DNA from: Eledone cirrhosa
Taxonomy: Eukaryota
Direction: 5' to 3'
DNA length: 64,000 nt
Assembly (NCBI GenBank): GCA_964016885.1
Contig: OZ024748.1
Coordinates: 17,918,001 to 17,982,000 of the forward strand
Of this stretch, positions 27,958 to 41,054 are shown piece after piece. The first letter of the stretch is position 1; every line of letters begins with the position of its first letter. A program made the translations under genes and the position numbers. The notes under the pieces were generated by a model that ran no database searches, had not been told where the DNA came from, and saw only the letters and a program-made list of their open reading frames with translations.

Positions 27958-28360
27958 TTAGCCCTTCAGCATTTACATTACTCTATATATACTATTATAT
28001 TTTCATGACATTTACAATACTCCATATATACTGTATACTATTATATTTTCTTGTTAAAGAATAAATATCTCGCATAATATAGAATCTATGAGATTTTGAT
28101 ATTATTTATTTTGAGAACAATACTTTAACATAAGTATGAGTGGCCAGTTACAGCCAGTTTGAACAGAAAGAGGTGAGAGAATTCTGGCTGGGTACGGCTG
28201 GTTTAACCCTTTAACATTTACTTTACTCTATATATACTATTATATTTTCATGGTAAAGGCTTTACCTCACATAATTATCTTGCATAATATTGAATCTACG
28301 AGATTTTGATATTATTTATTTTGAGAACAATACCTTAACATAAGTATGAGTGGCCAGTTA
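27958..28360 (+). mobile_element. two adjacent piggyBac-type MITE copies
   Basis: CCCTT..CATTTAC starts at 27962 and 28207. Confidence 0.75.
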
Positions 28361-28469
28361 TATATATATATATGTATGTAAAAGGTAAACAGAAGTAACA
28401 AAAATAACAAAACAGCACAGTACATGGAAGAAATATATTAGTTTAATGCTTGAAGTAGCAGGAAAGGGG

Positions 28470-28505
28470 TCTTAACGTTTCGGACACAAGTCTATGATCA
28501 GAAGA
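28470..28505 (-). ncRNA. minimal hammerhead with a G8C lesion
   Basis: minus strand TCTT-CTGATCA-..GAC ttgt GTC.-GAAA-CG-TT-AAGA; the adjoining 28374-28450 is homologous to 3243-3326. Confidence 0.55.
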
Positions 28506-29138
28506 TACAGTTAGAAATAGAAGATAAATAGAAAGAAAATAGTTAGAAGGAGAAGAATTGGGGCGAAATGAGGGAAAAAGGGAGGAGAAAAAACACTCAC
28601 GTATATTCAGTCAGCCATTTTAGAATACACACATGCAAAAGTCTTCTGCAGTTTCGATCTATGAATTTCTACTACTAAGACTATAGTAGAAGACACTTTC
28701 CTAAGGTGCTGCCATGGTGTGGTGTGTAACTGAACACAAGAACACGTGACTGTGATGTGCACTCATTAATCACACAGCCATGTCTATATAGAGTAATTTA
28801 CTGAACAATATAGACCCAGTGATATCTGGATGTCTGAATGGTTATTTATCTCTGATCATGTTCCACTAAGATGTGTCTCATGATAATTTAATCTGAGAGG
28901 AACTGCTAAGTAAAAAAAATACAAAATATCTGCCATTCTTTGACTAGAAGAAGAATTAGAGATTGATTGCATTTTCTAACAATTTGCCTGTCTGTGTTTA
29001 GAGAATTATAACAGTATGGTAGGAAGACATAACACAAAATCTATGACCTTGTATCATCATCATCATCATCACCGTTTTACGTCCGTTCTTCCATACTAGC
29101 ATGGTTATATATATATATATAGAGAGAGAGAGATAAAC

Positions 29139-29169
<31 letters not shown>

Positions 29170-29247
29170 CATGTGTATGTGTATATATATATACACATAT
29201 ATTTATATATATATATATATGTACATATATATATAGACATATGTGTG

Positions 29248-29279
<32 letters not shown>

Positions 29280-29394
29280 ATATATACAGTGTGTGTGTAC
29301 TATATAACTGTTTTCTATTTATGAATGTTCCGACCGAGATAGATAGATATACAGATAGATAGCTAGACAGACTGATTGATTGACAGATAGATAT

Positions 29395-30780
29395 ATTTCT
29401 TTATTTGCCACAAGGGCGCACAAGAAAAGGGGACAATACAAAGACACATGCCGGGGATTTTACATACAGTCATGTAAAAAAAAATATATAAAACAAACAA
29501 TTATAACAATCGAAATCCCCAAAAGGGGGAGACGCCACAAATGGGTTGTTTAATACCCCGTCGATAGAACAACCCTCAACTTCAGGAGCGTGTTGTGCAA
29601 GTGCTCCTTACTTCCTTTTGCTCTCTTCCTCAACCTACAAGCTTATATACAGAGAAAGCCCAATCACTCGGGCCATTTTCGCTTCATTCACCCACCTTTC
29701 AGTAAATTTACTAGGGTGCAGTGCCTCTCTCTCCACTCTGATTCTTCTTCTAAAGGGATACTTAAAGAAGGGAATCAATTGTTGCCCAGGTAGAAAGACA
29801 TCTGTCCTCAGTCCTCTCAATCTCGTCCACCATATAACCTCTTTCACCATAACCACTGTACAGAGGAAAACCGCCTCTCTTTCATTTTTGAAAGAGGCTG
29901 GCGGTTTGATCCTTACTATGGACTCGGCAGTCAACTGGATTTGTCCCATACGCGACAGCAGTTGTTCTGCATAGTTCCACAGGTCGGTTACACCCGGGCA
30001 GTGTACAATTGCATGCAAGACGGTTTCAATGTCCTGCTCGCATCTTGGACACGTCCTCTTGGAAGGGTCCCTGCCGGGGCATCCGTGCCTGTCGATCTTA
30101 TCTCAAATGGGTAGAGCTCCTCGGTAGCCCTGGCTGCGATTGTGATTGTCCGGTCGGGGCATAAATGGCCACCAGTCTGAAGGCTCCACCTCCAATACTG
30201 TTCATGTCTAGGACTACCAGTCTACCCTCTGGGTCCAAGTGTACTTGTTGTACTTCGAGATCCAGGTTTTTCCGAAACATGACAGTCACTCCCCCTCCAC
30301 CTCCCGGCTGACAGAGAGATGCGTAGATCTCAAAGTCATTGAAGATGGGGGTTAGTTGCTGCCTGTTGTGGATCCTGGACTCGGTGATGGCTATTACATC
30401 TATAACGTGTGACCTAAGGTCGTTTAAAAGTTGGCCCTGTTTCTAGGGCATCCCTAGGCCACGCACATTCACGTTGGTGGAGAAGAGTTGGCAAAAAGGA
30501 CAAAAGGTGCACTTACCTTTTCGTTTCCTAGAGATCAGGTTGTTCAATCTCCATTTCAGTTCTGGTGGGGGTGTTGAGTGGGGTGGGAAAACATTTCAAC
30601 AGGACACGGTTTATTGGGTTTTGGCAAGGGTTGCCAACATCCTGTGAAAACTTTTCTTTCAATGTCTGATAGGTCTCTATCGAAATCCTTATTAGTTTTA
30701 GGTGTGGTTGAGAGTCTGCTTTTACAAAAGTTTTCCCCTCAGTTTCTACTTTGGGGTCTTGGGAGATGACCTCCATTAGG
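29395..30780 (-). mobile_element. internally deleted L1/Tx1 LINE (possible ORF1 tail, APE endonuclease N-terminus, zf-RVT C-terminus, 3' UTR)
   Basis: NVRGL..IAITESR..GGVTVMFRK..DPEGRLVVLD..FRLVAIYAP joined near 30135 to YRGALPI*DK..CPRCEQDIETVLHAIVHCP. Confidence 0.85.
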
Positions 30781-30867
30781 TTTTTGTTGTTTGTGTTAAT
30801 GTATGTGTATTGTTTTTTTTTGTTTTTTATTTATAGATAGATAGACAGATCGAATTAACATGGAGGT

Positions 30868-31080
30868 TTAACCCTTTAGCATTTAAACTGGCCATATCCG
30901 GCTAGTATTCTTTCACCTCTTTCTGTTCAAACCAGCCATAACTGACTGCTCATACTAACGTTAAGGTATTGTTCTCAAAATCTCGTAGATTCGATATTAT
31001 GTGAAATAATTATGTATGATAAAGCCTTTACTGTGAAAATACAATAGTATGTATAGAGTAATGTAATGCTGAAGAGTTAA
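30868..31080 (-). mobile_element. piggyBac-type MITE
   Basis: TTAA-CCCTTTAGCATTTA ... AATGCTGAAGAG-TTAA. Confidence 0.85.
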
Positions 31081-31549
31081 TGTGACAAACTTTCATCTTG
31101 TTACCACACGTGGAAAGATTCAATTAGCCCTTTAGCTCTGAACAATAAATCACTGTATCACTATTAGATTAGATATCGATCAGCCCCTCCCCCCCCATCT
31201 CTTCTTAAATCAATCACCTCTATGCCCACTTCTTACATACTAACAATTATTGCCCTGTTTTTTAACTAACTTTCCCTTCTCCCTAGAAAAAAAGGATACA
31301 AATTAACTCTTTTTAAACTAAACCACCTAAAGCTGCCCTTGGTTCTAAGACACAAAACTGCTTATCTTAAAGTGTTTATGTTTATCTAAAACCTTCCACC
31401 TTAATTTTATGTAAGAACCTTTGTTAGGCTACGTTCCAAACCATCTGAAGCTGCCCTTGATTCTAAGACAGAACACGAACACTTTAGCGTTCAAAACACC
31501 CAAAACTATTTCCCCTTTATTTGTTCAAACCGGCCAAAACCGGCCATCA

Positions 31550-31770
31550 CTCTCCAACAGGTTCGTGGTCGTGCCCTTGGCAGTGGAGACTTCTGATGTC
31601 CTTGGCCCTAGGGCTACCTCCCTATTCAACACCATAGGCGCTGAGCTGGCCAGTCGCAGGTGTGAGCCTCGCAAGTTGGAATGACTCTTCCAGCGCATCT
31701 CCCTTACCATCCTCCGAGGAAACGCCTTCTCCATTCTGTCCGCCAGGGCTGTGGGAAGGCCAGCATGTGG
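31550..31770 (+). pseudogene. CRE-like non-LTR retrotransposon, C-terminal endonuclease fragment
   Basis: VVPLAVETSDVLGPRA..F..IG..LA..R.EPR..E*LFQRISLTILRGNAFSIL. Confidence 0.75.
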
Positions 31771-31844
31771 GACCCCATTTGCTCACCATACGGATTAAGA
31801 CATATAACCTCTTTTTTTTTTTTTAATCTATTTATCATATATAA

Positions 31845-32113
31845 ATGAGATCGAGATCGTGTAGGTGTCACGACAAAAAACACAGTCCACGCTGTAATGT
31901 GGCCGTGTAGGTAACACGGTAAAAAGTTCCCAGTTCCACACTGTAAATGTGGTTGGTGTTAGGAAGGGCATCCAGCCATAGAAAACCTGCCAGATAGTCC
32001 TATATGAGTGAGACACGGTCACCCGACCAACCTTGCCTCAAGTGGGACAACTCCCGTCTAACCCATGCTAGCGTGGAAAACGGACGTTAAACGAAGATGA
32101 TGATGATGATGAT
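31845..32113 (+). mobile_element. SINE family B body and tail
   Basis: near-identical to 15808-16090. Confidence 0.8.
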
Positions 32114-32334
32114 GAATAAAATATTTGCATCCACTTTAATGAACCATTGACATGACACTCACACTAAAATATCGTTCTAAAAATAAACAAATCCGTCATC
32201 AAAATCTCGTCAATTCGAGATATTGCAAGATAAGGGTCTTACCGCGAAAATTAACACTTAATATAGTGAAACAACTTGAAACAACTCGTGTTTTTTTAAC
32301 GTTGAAAGTATAACAGATTTTATGTGTGCATCTA

Positions 32335-32945
32335 CATGGCTTGTGAAAGTAGCGATACCAACTTTGAAGGTTTTACACACGATGACATTCAAAATGAACA
32401 ATAAACAACAGAAAATATAGGTGATTTATCTTCAAATGAATCAGATGTATATATATATATATATCTCTGAATTTTCATCCGACTATCATTGTTGTTTTGA
32501 AAGTGAAAGCGAAGGAGATCTCTAGGACGCCATTGAAAATATTACAACAACGTGGTTGAAAAACACGACACCAATACATGTTCCCAATTTTATTCAAAAT
32601 ACTGGTCCACAACACACATTGCCTCCTGATGCTAAATCACTGGATTATTTCTTTTTGTCACAAACTTTCTTTGAAGTTGTGGCAGAAGAGATTAATCGAT
32701 ATGCCCAACAACAGATTTCAAATCGAGGAAAACTTGATCTGTTTGGCGACCAACAGATGCTGCGGAAATGCAAGCATTTTTTACCATAAATATTATGTTC
32801 GGTATGAAACAATTTCCAAGACTGGAATTACTGGAACACTGATATAAGGTTTAGTGACCCTTATATATCAAGTATTATGCCGAAAACAAGGTATTTAAAA
32901 TTAAACCAGTATTTGCACCTGGTTGATACTTCAAATGCCCCTATT
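32335..32945 (+). pseudogene. piggyBac (PGBD-like) transposase N-terminal relic
   Basis: FEGF motif and acidic N-terminus; F...TGP....P.DA.SLDYF..FFEVVAEEINRYAQQ; TDAAEMQAFF.INIMFG..PR; IMPKTRYLKLNQYLHLVD; several frameshifts. Confidence 0.85.
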
Positions 32946-33447
32946 AATTAATTTCACCTGCCCATAAAAGTCAAATCTAACTAAAAAAGTCAGCTAAAAG
33001 TATATAATTGTAAATTATTGATATTTAAACATCTACTGACAAATAAAATTGATAATCTTCTTGAGTATGATTAACTGAAAGTAATGTGAATAGATAAACA
33101 TGACATTTGACAAATTAATGTAAATGCTAAAGTGTTTGTTTATCTTACAACCTTTCACCATAATTCTATGTAAGAACCTTTGTTAAGTTATGTTCCAAAA
33201 GCCAACTTAATAATGAAAAAAGTTAGCTAAATTATTAAACCCTTCCAAATTTTAGATTATTTTTAAAATTATTTGAAAATCCCAAAGCAGTATCTTTCAT
33301 TATAAATATGTTAATGAAATGGTTCAAATTTTAGACATTCACACCCTTAACGCATTTCTCAGGGAGATTCAATGTACAACAAAGCTAACTCTTTGAATTA
33401 TAGGTACAATTCCTTTTTTTTCTCCAGTTGAGTGGACTAAAACAACA

Positions 33448-33664
33448 TTAACCCTTTAGCATTTACATTACTCTGTATATACTGTTGTATTTTCACGGTA
33501 ACAGCTTTATCTCACATAATATCGAATCTATGAGATCTTGATATTATTTATTTTGAGAACAATACCTTAACATAAGTATGAGTGGCTAGTTACAGACGGT
33601 TTGAACAGAAAAAAGGTGGGAGAATTCTGGCCGGATATGGCCGACTTAAATGCTGAAGGGTTAA
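33448..33664 (+). mobile_element. piggyBac-type MITE, complete, nested in a SINE
   Basis: TTAA-CCCTTTAGCATTTA ... TAAATGCTGAAGGG-TTAA. Confidence 0.9.
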
Positions 33665-34489
33665 AAATAGTGTCTTGCTCATGTACATAATACAGTCCCA
33701 GGAATTGAACTCGCATACTTTCAATACTTCAGCTGAATTTAATTATTCATTAATTTCAAATAAAACACTATATTTTTATAGCATTTTTTTGGTGTGTGTG
33801 TGGAGGGAGTTTATTTGTTGTTGTTTGTGTTGTTGTTGCTGTTTTTAATGTAATTACCAAAGACCACAAGCGGGCATTATTTATTGAAAACTAATATTTT
33901 TAGCTGATTTTTCCTACAGTAATGAAGTCGGTAACTTAGTAACTGCTGAAAAATAGTCGATATAAATGAAACAAAAACGTTGAAATGCATAAAAGAAAAT
34001 ACATACATATATTCTTTTTAGTGTTTGACCTAATAATGACTTTTTGCTCTGTGTCGGCAATTTGCTAAATATAATATAAAAGAGAGCGAACACAATATGA
34101 AATGCAAGGGTGTTTCCATTTTGTTTTAGCATTTATTGTTTCTTTTATGTTTTATTTTTAGTAGTTAATAATAATTTGCTAAACCATGCCAAAGGTGGAA
34201 ATATTTCTGTCGAAAAAAAAGCAAGCTACTATTAATTACTAGTCTTGAAGATGGCTTAAACGTTTACTGTGGTATTAAAATGTTACAGGAATCTACACAA
34301 AAATGGACGTATGTGTGTGTGTGTGTGCATATGTGTGTGTATGTGTTTATAAGTCTGTGTATGTGTGCATATGTGTGTACGTCTGCATATGTCTGTGTAT
34401 GTGTGCATATGTGTGTACAAGTGCATAAGTCTGTGTATGTGTGTGTGTGTACGTGTACATATGTGTGTGTACGTGTGCATAAGTCTGTA

Positions 34490-35090
34490 TATGTGTGGCT
34501 TAGTGGTTAGGGTGTTCGGCTCTCGATCATTACATCAACAGTTCAATTCCTGAGAGAGTGTTGTTTCTTTTGAGCAAGGCTTTTTATTTTAAATTGCTCC
34601 ACTCCACTCAGAAGCCGCATGGTCTAATGGTTAGGGTGTTGGACTTATAATCACAATGGCGTCGGTTCAATTCCTGGACAGGGTGTTGCATTGTATTCTT
34701 GAGCAAAACACTTTATTTCATGCTGCTCCAGTACACTCATCTGAGAGTGAGTACTAGCAGTAACTGGGGAGTTAATGCTGCGACAGACTGGCATACTGTC
34801 CAGGGGGAATCGTGTACTCTCATTAATTTAATGCCAAGAAAACCAGGGATAAGCTCTGTCTTAATGAACTTTCGGCTTAGAACAGACAGTCCACTCAGGT
34901 AGCAAAAGTGGGTGGTACCTGTAATTCAAACGGCCAGCCTTATTATACGGTGTCTCACATTTAATCTCCGTGAGAATTATGTTAAGGGTGCATGTTTCTG
35001 TGGAATGCTCAGCCACTTGCATGTTAATTTCATGAGGCGGCTATTTTGTTGTTTTGAACAATGGAAACATGTGCCATCAGAATCAACAGA
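34490..35090 (+). mobile_element. cluster of old tRNA-type SINEs
   Basis: two heads, TGGCTTAGTGGTTAGGG..GTTCAATTCC at 34496 and TGGTCTAATGGTTAGGG..GGTTCAATTCC at 34620. Confidence 0.7.
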
Positions 35091-35227
35091 GCTCCAACAC
35101 ACGCATACACATGCATATGTGTGTGTGTGTGTGTGTGTGTGTGACTGTTCACACATGTGTATGTGTGCATATGAATATGTTATGATGTACACTTGACTTG
35201 GATTAAAGGAAGAAAGAGTGGCACAAA

Positions 35228-35460
35228 TCATCAGCTTGATGAGCCTCCAGATTTAAGGGGAAACTGAAATATGCCCCAGTCTGATGAGCCTAAAAGACTG
35301 GGATAAGTCTCATCCTGGTGAGTCTAGAAGACTGGGATAGGCCCCAGTCTGGTGAGCCTAGGGGACTGGGATAAGCCCCAGCCTGGTAAACCTAGAGGAC
35401 TGGGATATGCCCCAGTCTGGTGAGGGTAAGAGATTGAGATAAGCACCAGTCTGTTGAGCC
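35228..35460 (+). repeat. 34-bp minisatellite (about 6 units) preceded by a hammerhead-like founder unit
   Basis: unit CTG(A/G)TGAGCCTAGAAGACTGGGATAAGCCCCAGT starting at 35281, 35315, 35349, 35383, 35417 and 35451. Confidence 0.85.
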
Positions 35461-35627
35461 ACCAGACTTCAGAGTAAAAAAAACTATTTCATTAATTACA
35501 GGCCTCGTTATTTCCAAGAAATCATAGAAAATTAATAACAACTTAATTGTTTATTACTTTATTTTTGAAATAATTAATAATTTTTTATCATTTTAATAAA
35601 CAGATAGAAATGTTATCTCATCATTTA

Positions 35628-36270
35628 ATGTTGTTGTTGAAGTTGTTGTTACTGTTGTTGTTGTTTTCTCATTGCTGCTCTTGTTGTAGCTGTTATTGTT
35701 GCTGTTGTTGTTGTAGCTGTTATTATTGCTGTTGATGTTGCTATGGTTGTTTATGTTGTTGTTGTTGTCGCTGTTGAAGTTGCTATTGTTGTTTTGTTAT
35801 TGCTGCTGTTGTTGTCACTGTTGTTGTTGTTTTTGTAGATGTTATTGTTGCTGTTGTTGTTGTAGCTGTTATTATTGCTGTTGAAGTTGCTATGGTTGTT
35901 TTTGTTGTTGCTGTCGCTGTTGAAGTTGCTATTGTTCTTTTTGTCATTGGTGCTGTTGTTGTTTTTGTAGATGTTATTGTTGCTGTTGTTGTTGTTGTTA
36001 TTGTAACTGTTATTGTTGGTGTTTTTGTTTAAGTTGCTATTGTTGTTTTTGTCAGTGCTCTTGTTGTTATTGTTGTTGTAGCTATTATTGTTTTTGTCAT
36101 TGCTGTTGTTGTTGTAGCTGTTATTGTTGTTATTACTGTTGCTGCTGTGGTTGTCATTGTTGTTTTTGTTGCTGCTACTGTAGCTGTTATTGTTGTTTTT
36201 GTTGCTGCTACAGTTGCTGCTGTGGTTGACATTGTTGTTTAAGTTGCTATTGTCACTGCTGTGATTGTTT
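35628..36270. repeat. degenerate (GTT/GCT)n array
   Basis: direct reading. Confidence 0.9.
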
Positions 36271-36368
36271 AACCCTTGTTAGCCCTCATCAAGTAAAACT
36301 AAGACCAAAGTCCAAGCTAGCTGCTAACTGTAGCCCTGCTATCTTATATCCAGACATGGTTATATAGT

Positions 36369-36551
36369 TTATCTAGAACTACATTACCTAAAGCAGTGGT
36401 TCCAAAACTATGCACCTCCTCAGCACACTGCTTATCTAGAACTACATTACCTAAAGCAGTGGTTCCAAAACTATGCACCTCCTCAGCACACTGCTTATCT
36501 AGAACTACATTACCTAAAGCAGTGGTTCCAAAACTATGTCTCCTCAGCACA
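36369..36551. repeat. 63-bp tandem triplication
   Basis: TTATCTAGAACTACATTACCTAAAGCAGTGGTTCCAAAACTATG... x3; 21-aa periodicity in the ORF track. Confidence 0.95.
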
Positions 36552-36907
36552 CCGTTCTGCAATGAGATTTAAAGTAGAGGAACGCTGAAAGGGAAACAAA
36601 TCCTATTTCAAGATGTAGAAATTATCAATTGAAATTCATGATAAATCTCATACATAACTGTCGAAATGGGAATCAGTTAAACTAAGACACTCTTACAGTC
36701 GAGATGTCAATGAACGCTGTTATATAGTCTTTCGTTTGTTTATTTTCACTTCTAGTGAGAAAATGTGTAGTATATATATATGTAAATATATATATGTGTG
36801 TGTGTGTGTAATACTAGTAATAATAAATACAAAGACCAAAATCTAGAGAGTATACAATAGGAGTATATATATATATATAAATATATATAAAACCATAGTG
36901 CAAATAT

Positions 36908-37002
36908 TTATAATTAGCACAGATTAAAAGTTTCAGCAAATAATTTCTACTTTTACCCTAAAGCAGAAATTGTTTTCTTGAATTTTTAATCTGTGTTAAT
37001 AA
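36908..37002. repeat. diverged fold-back palindrome
   Basis: ATTAGCACAGATTAAAAG..TTTCTACTTT / AAAGCAGAAA..TTTTTAATCTGTGTTAAT. Confidence 0.7.
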
Positions 37003-37095
37003 TTTATATATATATATATATGTGCCTGGTGGTCATCGATCTATCCAGTTCGTTTGTCTACCAACATATCAAGAAAAAATTATGCATTTTCTATA

Positions 37096-37172
37096 TATTT
37101 GTCTGAAGAGAACATGTTTTACTTTATGTTACACATAAAACTTGGCATCTTCGAAATATATATAATTAAATA
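37096..37172 (+). ncRNA. degenerate hammerhead with a long stem II
   Basis: CTGAAGA-GAA...TTC-GAAA-TATATA-TA followed by AATAAA; stem I imperfect. Confidence 0.45.
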
Positions 37173-37438
37173 AATAGAGATGATATAAAGTGTATATCTT
37201 TCGTTTCTTACTATTATTATTATTAATATATATCTTACGTCCCTTTACGGTCAGAGTTCAAATCCCACTGAGGGATTCATCCTTACGGGGTCGATGAAAC
37301 AAAGCACCAGTAATGCTGGCCTTGTGCCAGCATTACTGGTGCTAAATATATATATATATATATAGTTTTATTTATTTTATGAGTGACTTGTCACAGGGTT
37401 AGTACTGTTTTATTTGATAGTAAAATCACGGGAAAGTC

Positions 37439-37491
37439 GACTTTCTGATGATTATACCAGTGAATGAAACAGTGCTAATCCTGTAAAAGTC
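37439..37491 (+). ncRNA. type I hammerhead ribozyme in the right arm of palindrome 37382-37494
   Basis: GACTTT-CTGATGA-ttataccagtgaat-GAAA-CAG tgctaatc CTG-TA-AAAGTC; perfect 6-bp stem I. Confidence 0.8.
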
Positions 37492-37650
37492 ACTTCTAAA
37501 TGAAATGAAATTTAGTAGCCCCTCTACTTGATGTATTGAGTGTGTTACTTAAATTATGGTTCCTTGTCACACTTTACATATATACATAGACACTTATACA
37601 TACATACATATATATATACACATATACATACATATATTGATATACACATA

Positions 37651-37696
<46 letters not shown>

Positions 37697-37875
37697 TACC
37701 CATATATATACATATATAAAGACATAGACAAAGACTAAATTATATTTATATATTTACCACCACAGGAGCATTCAATGTTTTACTAAATATGGAAACGAGA
37801 CAAAGGCTGTGTATAAATATATAAATATATATATATATATATGTATATATATATTTATATATATATATATATATA

Positions 37876-37935
<60 letters not shown>

Positions 37936-38209
37936 TATAAATTAAAACATACAAGAAAAAAAATAGGCAAAAAAAAAAAAAAAAAAACAGGATAAAATAA
38001 AAGGAAGAAATAAAGTTAAAGTTAGAAAGAACCACCATATGTTTCAGGTTGATAAATACATTTTCTTGTAAAAGTTGAAAATGTCATAATATATTACTAT
38101 GATGCCACCTTCAAGAACATTAAAGCTAGTTGTGAAAGGAAAAGACATAAAAATGTAAGTAAAAACATAATAAAACAGACAAGTCAGAGGAAAATGATAA
38201 TAATAATGC

Positions 38210-38256
<47 letters not shown>

Positions 38257-38544
38257 TGCTCTATAACAACAAGAAAAAAAACAGCCTTCTCTCTGCTACA
38301 TTACAAAAAGATATAAATTCTTACATATAAATAAAGAATTTACCAACCAACGACAGATTAAATTGTGACATTTTTTGTGTATGTATGTGGTGTGATGATT
38401 CTTGTGTGTATGTGTTTTTGTATTTTTTTGATATTGTTTTGTTGTTGTGTTTTTTGTTTTGTTTTGGGGTTTGTTTTTTTTTGTTTTTTTTTGGGGGGGG
38501 GGGTTATTGGTGGTGAGGTTAATATATGTACATATACACAGGCT

Positions 38545-38591
38545 TATATATATAGACATGAGTGTGTGTGTATACATATGCATGTATATGC

Positions 38592-38630
<39 letters not shown>

Positions 38631-38752
38631 CGTGTATGTGTGTATATATATATTTGTATATATATATGTGTGTGTATATATATATATATATGTGTGTATA
38701 TATATATATGTGTGTGTGTATGTATGTATATATATATGTATGTATATATGTG

Positions 38753-38799
<47 letters not shown>

Positions 38800-38884
38800 A
38801 TATATATATATATGTGTGTATATATACATATATATGTGTGTATATATACATATATATGTATGTATATATATATATATATGTATA

Positions 38885-38925
<41 letters not shown>

Positions 38926-38954
38926 ATATATACATATATATATGTATGTATATA

Positions 38955-38997
<43 letters not shown>

Positions 38998-39361
38998 ATA
39001 TGTATGTGTGTGTATGTATACATATATATGTATGTTTATATATATATATAAACACACATAGATATTAAATAGTGGTGATGATAGTACATTTAATATATAT
39101 ATAGTAACACAATTACACACATATATTCATATTCATTCATACATACACACACACACGTGTGTGTGTGTGTTAATAATTGTGTTACTATTCTTTCCAATAA
39201 CATCATTAAAAGAATTGTGCTGTGATCTTTATTATACATTTTTGGAACACACTCAATCTTCTTATTCAAAATAAATACTCTATATTTCTATATATACTAT
39301 TTATAGTGGATATACTAAATATACTGAATATACTATATATATATATTTGTATGTATGTATA

Positions 39362-39414
<53 letters not shown>

Positions 39415-39504
39415 GTATGTATACATATATATATATGTACATATATATATTTGTATGTATATATGTATATTTTTATATGTATGTAATATATATGTATATA
39501 TATA

Positions 39505-39541
<37 letters not shown>

Positions 39542-39665
39542 CTAACCCATGCTAGCGTGGAAGAACGGACGTAAAACGGTGATGATGATGATGATATATA
39601 TATGTGTGTATGTATATGTATGGTATATATATATGTGTGTATATATATATATATGTATGGTATAG

Positions 39666-39711
<46 letters not shown>

Positions 39712-39754
39712 ATGTACAGTGTGTATATATATACACATATATATATATGTATGG

Positions 39755-39787
<33 letters not shown>

Positions 39788-39985
39788 GTATATATATACA
39801 CATATATATCATACATATGCATACATATATACACATATATACGCCATACTTATACATACATACATATATACATACATACATACATACATACATATACTTA
39901 TACATACATATATATATATATACACATATCTATACCATACATATATATATATACACATATATATATATATACACACATATATATA

Positions 39986-40050
<65 letters not shown>
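38545..40050. repeat. (TA)/(TG)/(CA) compound microsatellites with a retroposon tail at 39540-39594
   Basis: direct reading. Confidence 0.9.
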
Positions 40051-40057
<7 letters not shown>

Positions 40058-41054
40058 ATACTATAATATTCTATACTTTCTCACCAGAAGCAAAAATAAA
40101 CAAACGAAAGTATCAACAACAGCGTTCATTGACTTCTCGGCTGTAAGAATGTCTTCTCTATACCAGCTTTGGATATTTTCCAAAATGGTTTCACTTGAGG
40201 AATTCTTTTCGGTTGTGTTTTTAGTTTAGTTCGGAAAAATGATTTAATTGTCCAAAAAGTATTTACTTTTTTTTTCTTTAAACCTAACATATACCTCCGA
40301 GGTCACTTTTACTACAAAAACCAACCTAAATGCCACCCCACACACAATCACATGCCACCACTCCATTTCGTTGTTATTCATGCAACATGAATAAAAACAC
40401 ATCACCATTTATTCTCATTTACCATTATTTCATTATTATTATTTTTATTGTTATTATTATTATTATTTCTTTGCTTCTAATGGTGGAGATATATTACAGT
40501 GTTAGCTGTTCACTACCAGGGAACTGAGCTAACATCCCTCACTTTCAAGTGCCCTCTGAAGTATTTGAGCTGTTCCAAGCAATGTTGTTTGTTTTTTTTT
40601 TGTAAGTGTTCCATACATATTGCAATCCCTATTTGTTTAATGCACTTCTCAAGATCTTTGAGTTGAGTAATGGTCTAAACCAGTTTCAAACTGAATCCAT
40701 CCTGGTTTATGTGTGTATATATATATATAGGCATAGCACACACATAAGTGATCGTGTAGGTGTCACAACAAAAAGCACCCTGTCCACACTGTCAAGTGGT
40801 CATGTAGGACACACGGTAAAAAATCACCCAGTCCAAACTGTAAATGTGGTTGGCATAAGGAAGGGCATCCAGCCAGAAACAGTTCTATATGAACGAGACA
40901 CAGTCACCCGACCAATCTTGCCTCAAGTAGGACAAACCCATCTAACCCATGCTAGTGTGGAAGATAGACGTTAAACGATGATGACGGCAGCAGCAGCGTC
41001 ATCGTTGTCGTAGTAGTAGTAGTGGTATTAATATTAATAATGATAAATACAATG

